Both the position numbers and the translations under genes were made by a program. A DNA stretch of 64,000 bases from Candidatus Bathyarchaeota archaeon (GTDB lineage: Archaea > Thermoproteota > Bathyarchaeia > 40CM-2-53-6): assembly GCA_963833125.1 (NCBI GenBank), contig CAWHWX010000007.1, positions 26,486-90,485 on the forward strand, in the 5' to 3' direction. The notes beneath the pieces are model-generated. The model did no database searches, was not told where the DNA came from, and was given only the letters and a program-made list of their open reading frames with translations. Shown piece after piece: positions 32,432 through 42,833 of the stretch. The number at the start of each line of letters is the position of its first letter. The first letter of the stretch is position 1.

Positions 32432-32523
32432 AGCTGTAGCGCCGAGGGGAAGCGAATGGTGTCGTCCGTGAAAGGTGACCGGGAAATCGCACCGTAGCTC
32501 TCGTCTGCGAAGAATCCTCAGCT
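32432..32523 (+). ncRNA. Putative structured RNA (ncRNA or ileS leader)
   Basis: Nested stems with G-U pairs favouring the + strand; GAAA tetraloop and GUGAAA loop; follows an AT-rich TATA-like tract. Confidence 0.4.
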
Positions 32524-32582
32524 CCGAATCTTCTTACATTTTCATTAAACCATTCTGCGATGCCCTTGGCAGTTGATCAAAC

Positions 32583-35500
32583 TTGGTAGCAAAGAGCAAG
32601 TATGTTGGCGAATTACCCAAGCAATACGACCACAAGGCAGTGGAGGCTGAAGTCAAAGACGTTTGGAACCGCGACCGGACCTATGAATTGGTAAAGAAGG
32701 TTAGACTGAGTGGAGATAAGTTCTATTTCCTTGACGGGCCTCCATTTCCGAGTTCCGACACACCGCACATTGGCACTTCATGGAACAAGGTTCTCAAGGA
32801 TACCGTGATCCGATACAAACGGTCGCGTGGATTCAATGTTAGGGATCAACCCGGTTATGATTGCCACGGGCTTCCAATCGAATTAGCCATCGAACAGAAG
32901 TTTGGAGTTAAATCCAAGAAGGAAATCGAGAGCTTCGGCTTAGAACGATTCATTTCCGAGTGTAGAAGGTTCGCTGAAACAAACGCAGCCGCGATGACGA
33001 AGGCGTTCCAGGATCTCGGAATATGGATGGACTGGAACCAGCCTTACATGACGCACCTGGACTATTACATTGAATGCGACTGGTGGGGCCTAAAACAGGC
33101 GTGGTCAAAGGGGCTGTTCGAACACGGGCAGCGGGTCGTGCACTGGTGCCCACGATGTGAGACCGTACTTTCGGATTACGAAGTTGTTTTAGAATACAAG
33201 ATGCTTCGTGACCCATCGATATACGTCAAATTCCCAGTAGTAGACAGACCGAACGAATACATACTGATTTGGACAACTACTCCATGGACGCTGCCATCGA
33301 ACGTAGGAGTCATGGTGAACCCTGACTTCCAGTATGCTCGGGTCAAATCCGAAGGCGAGACCTACATATTTGCAAAGGAACGAATAGAGGCCGTTCAGAA
33401 GGAGACCGGTCGATCATTCGAACTCTTGGACGCATTTCCGGGCAGCAAACTTGAAGGACTCAAGTACAGAGGCCCACTAGAGACTCTCGTGCCCGCCCAA
33501 CTCAACTTGCAGAACGGGCACCGCGTTGTCCTGAGCAAAGAATACGTCACTTTGACGGAAGGAACCGGATGCGTTCATTCAGCACCTGGGCACGGTGAAG
33601 AAGATTATGAGGTCGGCGTACGAAACAACTTACCCGTACTCATGCTTGTAGACGACCAAGGCAAATTCGTCCCCGAAGCAGGAAAGTACGCAGGAAAATC
33701 GGTAAGAGACGCCAACCCTGAAATCATCGACGACCTGAAGTCTCTTGGAGTACTACTCTTTGCAGGAGAAATCGAACACCGCAGTCCCGTCTGCTGGCGC
33801 TGCAAGACCCCACTCATAATTCGCGCAACAAAACAGTGGGTCATACACATCGCACAACTGAAGGATCAATTCATCAAGGAAGTAGATTCCACGCTTTGGA
33901 TTCCGACATGGGCAGGAGCAAATCAATTCAAGAACTGGCTTCAGGGCCTGAAGGACTGGGTTATCTCGCGACAGCGCTATTGGGGCACCCCACTCCCCGT
34001 ATGGAGTTGCACATCATGCGGAAAAGACAAGATTGTGGGTTCTAAGCAGGAACTTCTGGACAACGCGGTTTCCAAAGTCGACCTGCCAACGCTACATAGA
34101 CCGTGGGTTGACATGGTTAAGTTACGGTGCGACTGCGGCGGAGAAATGACTCGTGTACCGGACGTGATCGACGTATGGTTCGAATCTGGAGGTGCGTCGC
34201 TGGCGTGCCTAGGTCACCCTACCAATGTAAAGGAAACGAAATTTTGGTGGCCCGCAGACTTCATAGTCGAGGGACGCGACCAGATAACTGCATGGTTCTT
34301 TGGATTATTGAGACATGGAATCGTGACGATGGGCAAGTGCCCCTACAAGACCGTCCTGATGCATGGCTTCGCACTTGACGCCCAGGGCCGTGAGATGCAC
34401 AAGTCGCTAGGGAATTTCGTATCGGCTAAGGAGGTCGTGGAGAAGTTCGGACGGGACGCATTCCGGTACTATGTGCTACAAACGACGCTTTGGGAAGACC
34501 TACAGTTCTCGTGGGACGCAGTTCGCCAACACCAAGGCGACCTGAGCACCATATGGAACACGTTTGTCTTCGCAAGCACCTACATGAGTCTGGATAAGTT
34601 TTCGCCCGCGGAGCTATCTTTGAAGCGCGTGCAAAGGAGTCTGCGGCCGGAGGATCGGTGGCTGCTTAGTCGGACCCACCGCACCATCAAAGAAGTAACC
34701 TCGTTGATGGATGAATACAAGATTCATGAGGCGTTGCGTAAGCTGAAAGCGTTTCTCGTCGAGGACCTAAGCCATACCTACATCCGATATGTTAGACGTC
34801 GGACCTGGGTAGAGAAGCGAACACGAGATAAACAGGTCGCATATGCGACGCTTTATTCAGCCCTCGAATCTGCCCTCATCATGCTTACGCCAATCATTCC
34901 CTTTCTCACAGAATCGATCTACCAACACATGTTTCGGAACGCGGAATCAAAGAACCCAGAGACGGTGCACCTCCTCGCGTGGCCCAAATATGATGCAAAG
35001 TGGATAGTTGACTCCCTGGAGGAAGAAATGAAAGCAGCCCAGAACGTGATCTCTACCGTAGCGGTAGTGAGAATGGGCAAGGGCTTGAAACAAAGGCAAC
35101 CCGTTCCGCAGGTTTGCGTGACCAGCGAATCTAAGACTGTTGGAACCGCACTGAAGACGTATGAAGACTTATTGTGTGATCAAGCGAATACTCGACGCCT
35201 TAAACTGGTTTCAAAAGAGTCACTCTCAAAGCTCACCGATTCAAATCGATACGCAAAGACAGACTTCTCAGACGGCACCGTTCTAGTCGACCTCAAGTTG
35301 TCAAAGAGTGAGGTTGCCGAGGGATTGGCTCGAGATGCTGTCCGAAGAATGCAACAGATGCGGAAGGAGATGGATCTGAAGGTGGATTCATTCGTCCACG
35401 CCTACGTTGTGGCGCCTTCAAAGAAGGAGGCGAGCCTACTCAAAATGAAGAGGAGTTACATTGCAGGCGAAGTTCGGGCGAAACAACTCAAAATAACGAC

Positions 35501-35616
35501 AGGCGAAGTTACGGTGCGCCAGCCCTACTACACTAAGAGATGGCAGATTGACGGGACTGACTTTCGAATTCGGACTTTGTGAAACGTCTAAACTAAAACG
35601 AAAACCTGCTACATAA
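32583..35616 (+). CDS. ileS: Isoleucine--tRNA ligase (C-terminal indel near 35565)
   Basis: DGPP, HIGT, GYDCHGLP, WTTTPWTLP, GTGCVHSAPGHG, SRQRYWG and MHKS. Confidence 0.97.
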
Positions 35617-35627
35617 TCCTACGTGCT

Positions 35628-36585
35628 CTAGAGAGGGACTTCGATAAAGAGACGCTCTAGCAGCTCCTTGTACCTATTTCTGATGGTAACCTCGGTAACA
35701 TTGGCTATTTCTGCAATTTCACGCTGAGTTTTCCTCTCGTTCGTTAGAACAGTTGCGATGTAAGTTGCTGCGGCGGCGATCCCAGTTGGACCCCTTCCGC
35801 TTGTCAGCTTCATCTCTTTCGCAATCTCCAGAATCTTGATGGCGAGGGCTTCCGCTTTTCCTGAGATGACAAGCTTGTTACTGAACCGCGCAGCGTAATT
35901 CCTGCTGGTCGAGGGGGGTACGAATGCCTCTAACTCTCGCACCATGAATCTGTAGCTTCGACCCACATCCTTCTTGTTCAAACTTGAGGAGGACGCGATC
36001 TCATCCAGCGTTCGTGGGACACCGCATTGTCTGCAACTCATGTAGATCGCAGCGGCCGTGACGTTATGAATCGATCTTCCACGAATGAGGCGTTTCTTTA
36101 TGGCACGCCGATAAATCACAGAAGCGGTTTCAAGGATATTCTTCGGAACGTTGAGAGCAGAAGCGAGTTTGCTCAGTTCTGCCAGTGCGACTGCAAGGTT
36201 TCGCTCTGTTGCATCAGAGACTCGAACTCTACTCTGCCACTTGCGAAGCTTGTACAAGTCGAGCCTTTGGGTTGCGGTTGCGCGTTTTCCAAGAACACGC
36301 CTGTCACGCCAGTCGATAATAGTTGAGAGACCCTTGTCGTGGATAGTGTAAGTGATTGGAGCGCCAACCGCGAGTTCGGCTTTTCTTTTGGTCGTCGTCG
36401 AAGGCTCGCCATTCTGGCCTTGTGTCAGCCAATTTCTCGTCGATCACGCATCCGCACGCCATGCAAACAATCTCTGCGGCCTCGTAGTCACGCATCAGCT
36501 TTGGCCCGCCGCATTCCGGGCAAACCCGGATCTTAGGAGCGGCTTGCAGCGATTCCCCTAATTCACCATCGGGTTCTTCCGACAC
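35628..36585 (-). CDS. tfb: Transcription initiation factor TFB (apparent 1-nt insertion near 36370)
   Basis: CPECG Zn ribbon, PEWRAF, HDKGLST, ERNL, RGRS, GRGP.G and [13 protein letters not shown]. Confidence 0.96.
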
Positions 36586-36608
36586 TATCTCAACTACTCT
36601 AAACTAAA

Positions 36609-36839
36609 CTAATCGAGCGAGTATACGATGCGGTGGACGAATTTTGCTGGCGAAGAACTTGCGGGCCTAATGGACACGTAAGGAGCAGACACTGGTCCGA
36701 AAAAGTCTTGCACTTTTCCAATTTCCTTAAGCTTACTATCACAAGTTCGCGTTCCAAGTTTAACGAAGCGGGCTTCTTCGCATTTTACTATGAGGCTGCG
36801 GCTCTTCGACAAGTGAAGAATTTTGCCCAGCCTCTTCAA
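36609..36839 (-). CDS. gar1: H/ACA RNP protein Gar1
   Basis: KRLGKILH and IGKVQDFFGPV..PYVSIRP; conserved gar1-tfb pairing. Confidence 0.9.
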   Translation of the reverse strand: MKRLGKILHLSKSRSLIVKCEEARFVKLGTRTCDSKLKEIGKVQDFFGPVSAPYVSIRPASSSPAKFVHRIVYSLD

Positions 36840-36952
36840 ATTGCCTTCGTCACTCCCGCCGTGGACCCCCGACAAGCCCGCAGCATATTTAAACGTAGAT
36901 ATCTGTCGAAACCTTTCAACCTTGCCTAGAATTCTTACAACGAAAGTGTGAC

Positions 36953-37065
36953 ATGACAATTGTCATAATTTTCGTGAATAACGCTGGCCGCAAAGAAGCA
37001 TCAGTGTTCATGCCACGGCACGCGGAGAAATTGACAATTAACTCATACAATAATCGGACAATTGT
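36953..37065. promoter_or_regulatory. Palindromic operator ATGACAATTGTCAT plus two GACAATT-containing sites
   Basis: Perfect 14-bp palindrome at 36953-36966, TTGACAATTA at 37031-37040 and GACAATTGT at 37057-37065, in the divergent gar1/smc intergenic region. Confidence 0.5.
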
Positions 37066-37149
37066 GGATATGGATTATGGAACCCATGGACCCCTGAACG
37101 TTTTTTACGAGGCGAGGGGACGTAGATTTCAAACGGTAGCTAAGATCCG

Positions 37150-39071
37150 ATGATAAAGGGCGTCGTCCTAACAAATTTCATGTCCTACGAAAATTCCTAT
37201 GTCCCACTAGAACCGGGACTCAACTTAATTTGCGGACCCAACGGCGCAGGCAAATCATCGATCCTACTCGCAATCTCAGTAGTCCTAGGACAGGCGTACA
37301 CGGAAAGGTCGAAGCGACTAAGCGACCTCATAAAATGGGGAACAGATGAAGCCAGAGTCACCTTAATTCTCGACAACAGCGGCGAGAAGAGACCCTTTCC
37401 AAACTACCACACCGACCTCGTTACAGTTACCAGAGTAATCAAGGCCAACGGCACCTACTACTACCTCCTCCAAAACAAACCCGTAGCGAAATCCGCAGTC
37501 ACCGACGTTCTGCAGTCCAGAGGTCTAAACCCAGACAACATCCTGGTCATCATGCATCAATTCATGGTCGGCCGATTCGCCGCAGTAAGTCCCACAAGAT
37601 AAATTGAAAATGCTTGAAGAAGCAGTGGGATTCCAAACATACCGTGAAGAAGTACAAGACGAGAAAGCGCTTGGAAAACGTAATGAGCGAAGAACAGTCG
37701 CTCGTGCAGGTCCTCGAATCGACGAAGGAAACGCACGACTTTTGGAAGCGTGAATATGACCGCTACCTCCAGAAGAGGCAACTTGAGACTAAGCTCAATG
37801 CGTTGAAACAGGAGTTGCTGTGGAGCAGAATACAGAAGAAAAAGGACTCTTTGGCACACATTGAAGAAAGGATAGAGTCCAAAACAAGAGCCCTGCAATC
37901 GATTGATAACAAAATCCAGGAATTGGCAGACTCCAAGAAGAAACGCCAAGCAAAGTATGACGAGCTCAACCTCGGCCGAATGGGATTAGAAGATCAACGT
38001 GTCGAACTTGTCAAGCAGATAACGACCCAAGAACTCAACATCGAGTGGGCCACTAATCTGCTCAGCCACTTCCACTCCATAGAAACTTCCTCAGAACCAA
38101 CCTTGCCACCGGCACTCCAAGACCTAAACAAATTGAAGCTTTCTTGGAAAGATACCGCTGAAGAAGCTCAGAAGAAACTTGAAAGAGAGAAGGAAAAGGC
38201 CTCAGCCCTAGGCGACAAAATCGTCGATACGAGCGGCCGTCTAGAAGACGCCCTCACCCGCCTCATAGATACTAACGTTGAGCACGAAGTTTCCGGGTTC
38301 AAGAGAAAACTCCTGATGGAGGATGTGGCCGACCTACAAGCACAGATTCGCCTTGCCAAGGAAGAATTAGACCCAATGATTGCTTCTGCCGAGAAAGTAG
38401 GAGCACAGACCGGGTCACCCAGGAAAATCTTCGATATCATGCTCGAAATCGGCGCCGTGGAGGAGCAGATGAAACCCTTGGCTGCACTCTCCGAGGACGT
38501 CGAGCGCATGTACTCATCATACGCAAAGGTCTACGAAGATTTGAAACTCAAAGCTGACCAAGTCGCCGTTAGCCGGCAAGAGGTGCTCTCCGAACTCGAT
38601 AAGCGGTTGTCAAGATGGCGTGAAGTATTGGCAAACTTCTTGGAACAGTTGACTGGTCGGTACGCTGAGATTCTCAGAACGGTCAGTGCAACCGGCTCGA
38701 TCCGACTCATATCTTCAAGGGATATCGAAAAATGCGGACTGGAGATACTGGTGGGGTACAAGGGAAACAAACCCACCGCCCTTGACGCGTTTACCCAGAG
38801 CGGAGGAGAACGCAGCATTGCCATGATGGCATTCCTACTCGCATTGCAGCAGCACATAACGTCCCCGTTCAGGGCTATTGATGAGTTCGATGTTCACATG
38901 GATCCGAAGAACCGTGAATCAGTTACGCAGCTCATTATGACCAATGCAGCAGCTATGGTTGAAGGTCAGTACGTGGCTATTACTCCTGGACAGGTGAACG
39001 TAACCGACAAGAGCCACGTGATCGTTGTCCAGAATGTGGGCGGTTCCTCGGTAGTTAGTGAGTTGAAGTAG
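37150..39071 (+). CDS. SMC-family ATPase with Smc5/6-like head and short coiled coil (apparent indels near 37590 and 37660)
   Basis: NFMSY, Walker A GPNGAGKSS, coiled coil, QSGGERS signature and PFRAIDEFDVHMD Walker B/D-loop. Confidence 0.92.
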
Positions 39072-39073
39072 AA

Positions 39074-39874
39074 TTGACTGAGAAGCCGAAAGCGAAGAGC
39101 GGACGTCAAGTACTGGCCTCAGGAAGAAAGGAATTGAAGGAAGTCATCCAAACCTGTGACGCCATCGAGCGAAGGAAATTCAACCCATTCTTCCTCGATG
39201 TCAAGCTAGGCGTTGATACGCTACGCCAATACTTTCCGCACTGGGAAGGGTTTGAAGACCACTGCCTCGACGCCCACGCCCTGAACCGACTCTCGGAAGT
39301 CGTCAGGCTGCAAAATACCCAGCTAAAGTTTCAATCAAGCGCCCTCTACGCCGAGCCCGAGTTTGTCGCAAAGAAGTTCCAAAGAATGAGCGAGAAGAGA
39401 CTCGCCGAAGTGTTCCTCCAGAGTTGGCATCCAATCGCTGAATTGGAACAACTTACGAACGAAACAGTCTCTGCCGGCCTTGACTACTGGAACCTCCTCC
39501 TACCCATCCAAGAGAGGTGGAAGCGCCGAGCATACCAGCGAGGAAAGAACCCAGAAAGCGCCGATTCCGGAATTTTGACAGGGCTTGGATTCCACGATGA
39601 GGAATTCGGCAAACAACTGACGGGATTATGGAACGAACTGCGACAAATTCACGGCACCGACCAGAAACCGGTGGACTACTGGCGGTTTGTCAAGGGGCCG
39701 AACCATCAGAAAACAGTGCAGCGCGCCTATTTTGTGAGTTTCCTAGTCACTTACGGTTACGCCCAATTACAACTTGAAGGCGATCAAATCACATTGATAC
39801 CCACCGAAAAGCCCTCAGAGAAACCACTCGAAGGCGGGACCAGTTTCCCCATACCGATCCCCAAAGAGGCATAA
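39074..39874 (+). CDS. Kleisin-like protein (Nse4/ScpA-like)
   Basis: Immediately after the SMC gene; the C-terminus YWRFV...KTVQRAYFVSFLVTYG resembles the Nse4 C-terminal winged helix. Confidence 0.65.
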   Translation: MTEKPKAKSGRQVLASGRKELKEVIQTCDAIERRKFNPFFLDVKLGVDTLRQYFPHWEGFEDHCLDAHALNRLSEVVRLQNTQLKFQSSALYAEPEFVAKKFQRMSEKRLAEVFLQSWHPIAELEQLTNETVSAGLDYWNLLLPIQERWKRRAYQRGKNPESADSGILTGLGFHDEEFGKQLTGLWNELRQIHGTDQKPVDYWRFVKGPNHQKTVQRAYFVSFLVTYGYAQLQLEGDQITLIPTEKPSEKPLEGGTSFPIPIPKEA

Positions 39875-39878
39875 CCTC

Positions 39879-40451
39879 ATGGAACAAGCCGAAACAAAGA
39901 GCTTCTATTCGGACAAATTGAAGCGGGCCATTCACCTACTAGTTTTCCGCCGCGGAAAGATGCCCGGCGCGAGAGAGTGGGAGCTGAAAGAAAAAGTTGG
40001 CAAGAACTATGAGCAGGTGCTGGAGCAGCTCAATCAGATGCTGTCGGAACTTGATTTAGAGGTGAAGAAGGTTACGGAGCCGTCCAGTGGGCAGATGACT
40101 GAAGAAGGCACGCCGATTCCAATGGACGAGGCTAGGTATCATGTGGCCCTGAAAGGTTCGCTTGGGTTGAAGGAGGCTAAGATGATTGGGTGGCGGATTG
40201 ATAACCTGGCCGCGCTCAGCGGCGCAATAGCATACCTAGTCGCAAAGCAAGGTAAGGCCCCACGGGACGACGTGGAGAAAGTGATCGCGCTGAAGTATGG
40301 GCGTTGGAAGGCAGCGACATTGGTAGACATCTTTCTCAGGACTGGCTACCTTGATGAAGACGATGCTGGCGTCATGGCTCTCGGTTGGAGAACCAAGTCA
40401 GAAGTGAACCTTCCCGCTTTGATGACGAAAATGACTGAAGGGAAGGTTTAG
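39879..40451 (+). CDS. KITE-like tandem winged-helix protein (Nse1/Nse3/ScpB-like)
   Basis: 190 aa, third gene of the SMC operon; ends GYL...LGWRTKSEV, like the Nse1/MAGE GPR..E motif. Confidence 0.6.
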   Translation: MEQAETKSFYSDKLKRAIHLLVFRRGKMPGAREWELKEKVGKNYEQVLEQLNQMLSELDLEVKKVTEPSSGQMTEEGTPIPMDEARYHVALKGSLGLKEAKMIGWRIDNLAALSGAIAYLVAKQGKAPRDDVEKVIALKYGRWKAATLVDIFLRTGYLDEDDAGVMALGWRTKSEVNLPALMTKMTEGKV

Positions 40452-41557
40452 TCGGCCGCGGCTTCCGTGCTCGACGCCTGTTTGAGAAAGTCGTTCGGAT
40501 ATTTCTTCTTAGAAACGAAACCCTTCACATTCCCACGCTTAACGTGCCCTGCCAACGCCAACAGTTGTTCTCGTTGTGCATAATGATCATGGACCTTGCT
40601 TCGCCCCAAAACAGTTAGAACTTGCCCGAGAAAGAATGTCGGTAGCCGTTGCTTGTTGCACATCGGACAGGTGCAAGTAAGACGCGGCCCGTACTCGTGA
40701 GTCCATTCTTTCCGTTTGAAGACGCCCCAGTTTGTGGAGTCAAACATGTTGATCTTATCTTTGGTAAGTGGAACGGGGGGTGGCGGGACAACCCATCTAT
40801 TGAAACTGTCAACTCCGAAGAATGGAAGCATCATACCCTCGGAGCATCGGAGATATGCTCTAGCGAATCGAATCTTAGGGGGAATCTGGAACGCGTGAAC
40901 CCAAAGTTCAGGGTCTTTCTTTTTGGCCTCTTCCAGTGAACGGAGCGCCTGATAATAGAATCCTCCCCTCATATCGAACCCAAGGGCTTTGACTCCTCTC
41001 TTCAGTAACGGTTTCAGGCTCTTCTCGAAATCATCCGATGTCGCCGCGGGCGCGAGCACCGGCATTAGCGGCTTATCCAAACCTCTGTTATCCACCCATC
41101 TCTGAGCGAATTTGTACAGCGCTAGAAAGTCGGTTGGAGATACCCCTGGACTCTGTTGGACCGTGATGACATCCATGTCAGCAAAGTACTGGAGGTCGAG
41201 GACGGTTCGCAGATCCGCCGTCTCTGTAAGAGCAGCTTCTCCTTTCAGGACCAGAAACAACATGCTGAGCGCGTCTTCGTGAGCGCTCGTTTCACGAGCT
41301 AAGCGCCTGGAGAACTCCTTCAGAAATTCCTCTTCTTTCAGAATCCGCTTCAAGGTCTCAGGGTAGATCAGTTTACCCGCAACAATAATCTCGGTTGGAA
41401 ATTCCTGCTTTAACCCTACCAGCCTTGTTGCGTTCAATTCGGTTGTTGTGGCAAACTTGTTCGGGAGACTTACCTTAGCATTTGCATAGTTTAGGAGCCC
41501 ACTGGTCGTTCCCGTTTCTTCGTCGCTTTCAATGTTTTTCTTGACAAGGTCTGGCAT
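40448..41557 (-). CDS. Divergent tRNA-guanine-transglycosylase-fold protein
   Basis: TIM-barrel-like pattern with VHAF, GVDSF and a C-terminal CTCPMC...H zinc site as in TGT. Confidence 0.55.
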   Translation of the reverse strand: MPDLVKKNIESDEETGTTSGLLNYANAKVSLPNKFATTTELNATRLVGLKQEFPTEIIVAGKLIYPETLKRILKEEEFLKEFSRRLARETSAHEDALSMLFLVLKGEAALTETADLRTVLDLQYFADMDVITVQQSPGVSPTDFLALYKFAQRWVDNRGLDKPLMPVLAPAATSDDFEKSLKPLLKRGVKALGFDMRGGFYYQALRSLEEAKKKDPELWVHAFQIPPKIRFARAYLRCSEGMMLPFFGVDSFNRWVVPPPPVPLTKDKINMFDSTNWGVFKRKEWTHEYGPRLTCTCPMCNKQRLPTFFLGQVLTVLGRSKVHDHYAQREQLLALAGHVKRGNVKGFVSKKKYPNDFLKQASSTEAAAD

Positions 41558-41631
41558 GGATGGCCCCCACTTGGATGTGGTAGTTCACGATGGGTCCTAG
41601 ATTAAAACTCAGGTATGCCGGGAAGGAGGTT

Positions 41632-41952
41632 CTAATTCTTGACAGTTATTTCTATCACGAGCTTCTCTGGTTGTGAAGCGATCTTCATTGAAGTAATCGC
41701 GTAATCGTCTTGCATTCTGAGCATTCGATTCATGATTCTTATTTTGTCCCCGGGAATCGGTTGAACCTTGAGCTCCTCCGTTTCGGTTATGCAACTCGAA
41801 CAGATCCAGTAGCTTTTCTTGAGCAGAGTTCCTTCCTGCTCGGGATTGTCTTCATATCTTACTTTATGACAGATTTGTTCGCTAATCGCCTTGCATTTTT
41901 GGCAGTAGCGTCTTTCCGAAATCTGAATGTGTTTGCCGCTATTGGTGATCAC
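41632..41952 (-). CDS. Small zinc-ribbon protein
   Basis: CQKC and CSSC pairs. Confidence 0.65.
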   Translation of the reverse strand: MITNSGKHIQISERRYCQKCKAISEQICHKVRYEDNPEQEGTLLKKSYWICSSCITETEELKVQPIPGDKIRIMNRMLRMQDDYAITSMKIASQPEKLVIEITVKN

Positions 41953-42105
41953 AGTGAGTCGTACAACATTTCGAAACGTTTCGCATTTAGGTTAGAGAGT
42001 CGGAAGAAAGTGTCAGGCTAGCGGCTAAGTGTTCCCGAGGTCTGAAATGCTTAATAGGTCGCCGTCTATGGGTACGCGGATTCTTGAATTCTGAAGGGAT
42101 TTGTT

Positions 42106-42480
42106 TTGGGCGAAGAAGTTGAGCTGCCACCACAAGTCCAAGAACAACTAGTGCGGTTGCAGCAACTCCAACAAACACTGCAATCCGTTTCATCCCAGAA
42201 ACAACAATTGGAACTTGAGCTCAATGAAACGGACAAGGCGTTAGCGGAACTTGAGAAGTCGACTGATGAGACACCGGTTTACAAGAGCGTTGGCAGCATC
42301 CTAGTCAAGTCCAACCGCCAAACCCTATTGACAGAGTTGAAAGAAAGGAAGGAACTGCTTACAACACGAGTTACGGTATTGGGCAAACAGGAAGACCGAA
42401 CGAAAGAACGTCTGAAGGAAGTTCAAGAGAAACTTCAAGAACGACTCCAAGGACCAAGAACCCCAAGCCAAAAGCAGTAA
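42106..42480 (+). CDS. pfdB: Prefoldin beta subunit
   Basis: LPPQVQ, Q-rich coiled coil and VYKSVGSILVK. Confidence 0.96.
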   Translation: MGEEVELPPQVQEQLVRLQQLQQTLQSVSSQKQQLELELNETDKALAELEKSTDETPVYKSVGSILVKSNRQTLLTELKERKELLTTRVTVLGKQEDRTKERLKEVQEKLQERLQGPRTPSQKQ

Positions 42481-42530
42481 AATGGCCCCTGCTTGGCGAT
42501 ACGCCACCTCGGCAACGTAGGGATTGAAAA

Positions 42531-42833
42531 TTGACGATTGAGTTAACAAGACCACCCACAGACGAGGAAATTGAACAAATGTGCCTCGCGGCCGAGGATG
42601 CGGCTCGAAGACATTTGATGTCCAAGATTCCTTTGAAGCGTCTTAGTGACCTGGATGTTATGGTTGAAGCGGTTGGTGGCAAACCCTTGGTTCTCTCGGT
42701 CGACGTTGCAATTGAGTTGGCAAGCGGAAACGAGGATGTCGACCCATTGGTCGATGATGCTACCGATTTGGCGTTCTCCGCGGCGGAAGCCAAAGCGAGG
42801 GAGCTCAAACTATGCCTGGATACGCCCGCCTAG
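42531..42833 (+). CDS. DUF3194-family protein
   Basis: AE.AAR..L.SKI..K...DLDV pattern; usual pfdB-DUF3194-DHH context. Confidence 0.75.
   Translation: MTIELTRPPTDEEIEQMCLAAEDAARRHLMSKIPLKRLSDLDVMVEAVGGKPLVLSVDVAIELASGNEDVDPLVDDATDLAFSAAEAKARELKLCLDTPA

Noticed and set aside
32449-32495. Matches to the fluoride riboswitch, HDV ribozyme (GCGAAUGG) or a T-box antiterminator
   Set aside because: Only short partial motifs match; the required partner elements are missing. Kept only as an unassigned structured RNA.
37150-41557. Wadjet/MksBEFG anti-plasmid defence system
   Set aside because: There is no JetD/Toprim nuclease, the gene order differs, the ATPase is much shorter than JetC and the context is housekeeping.
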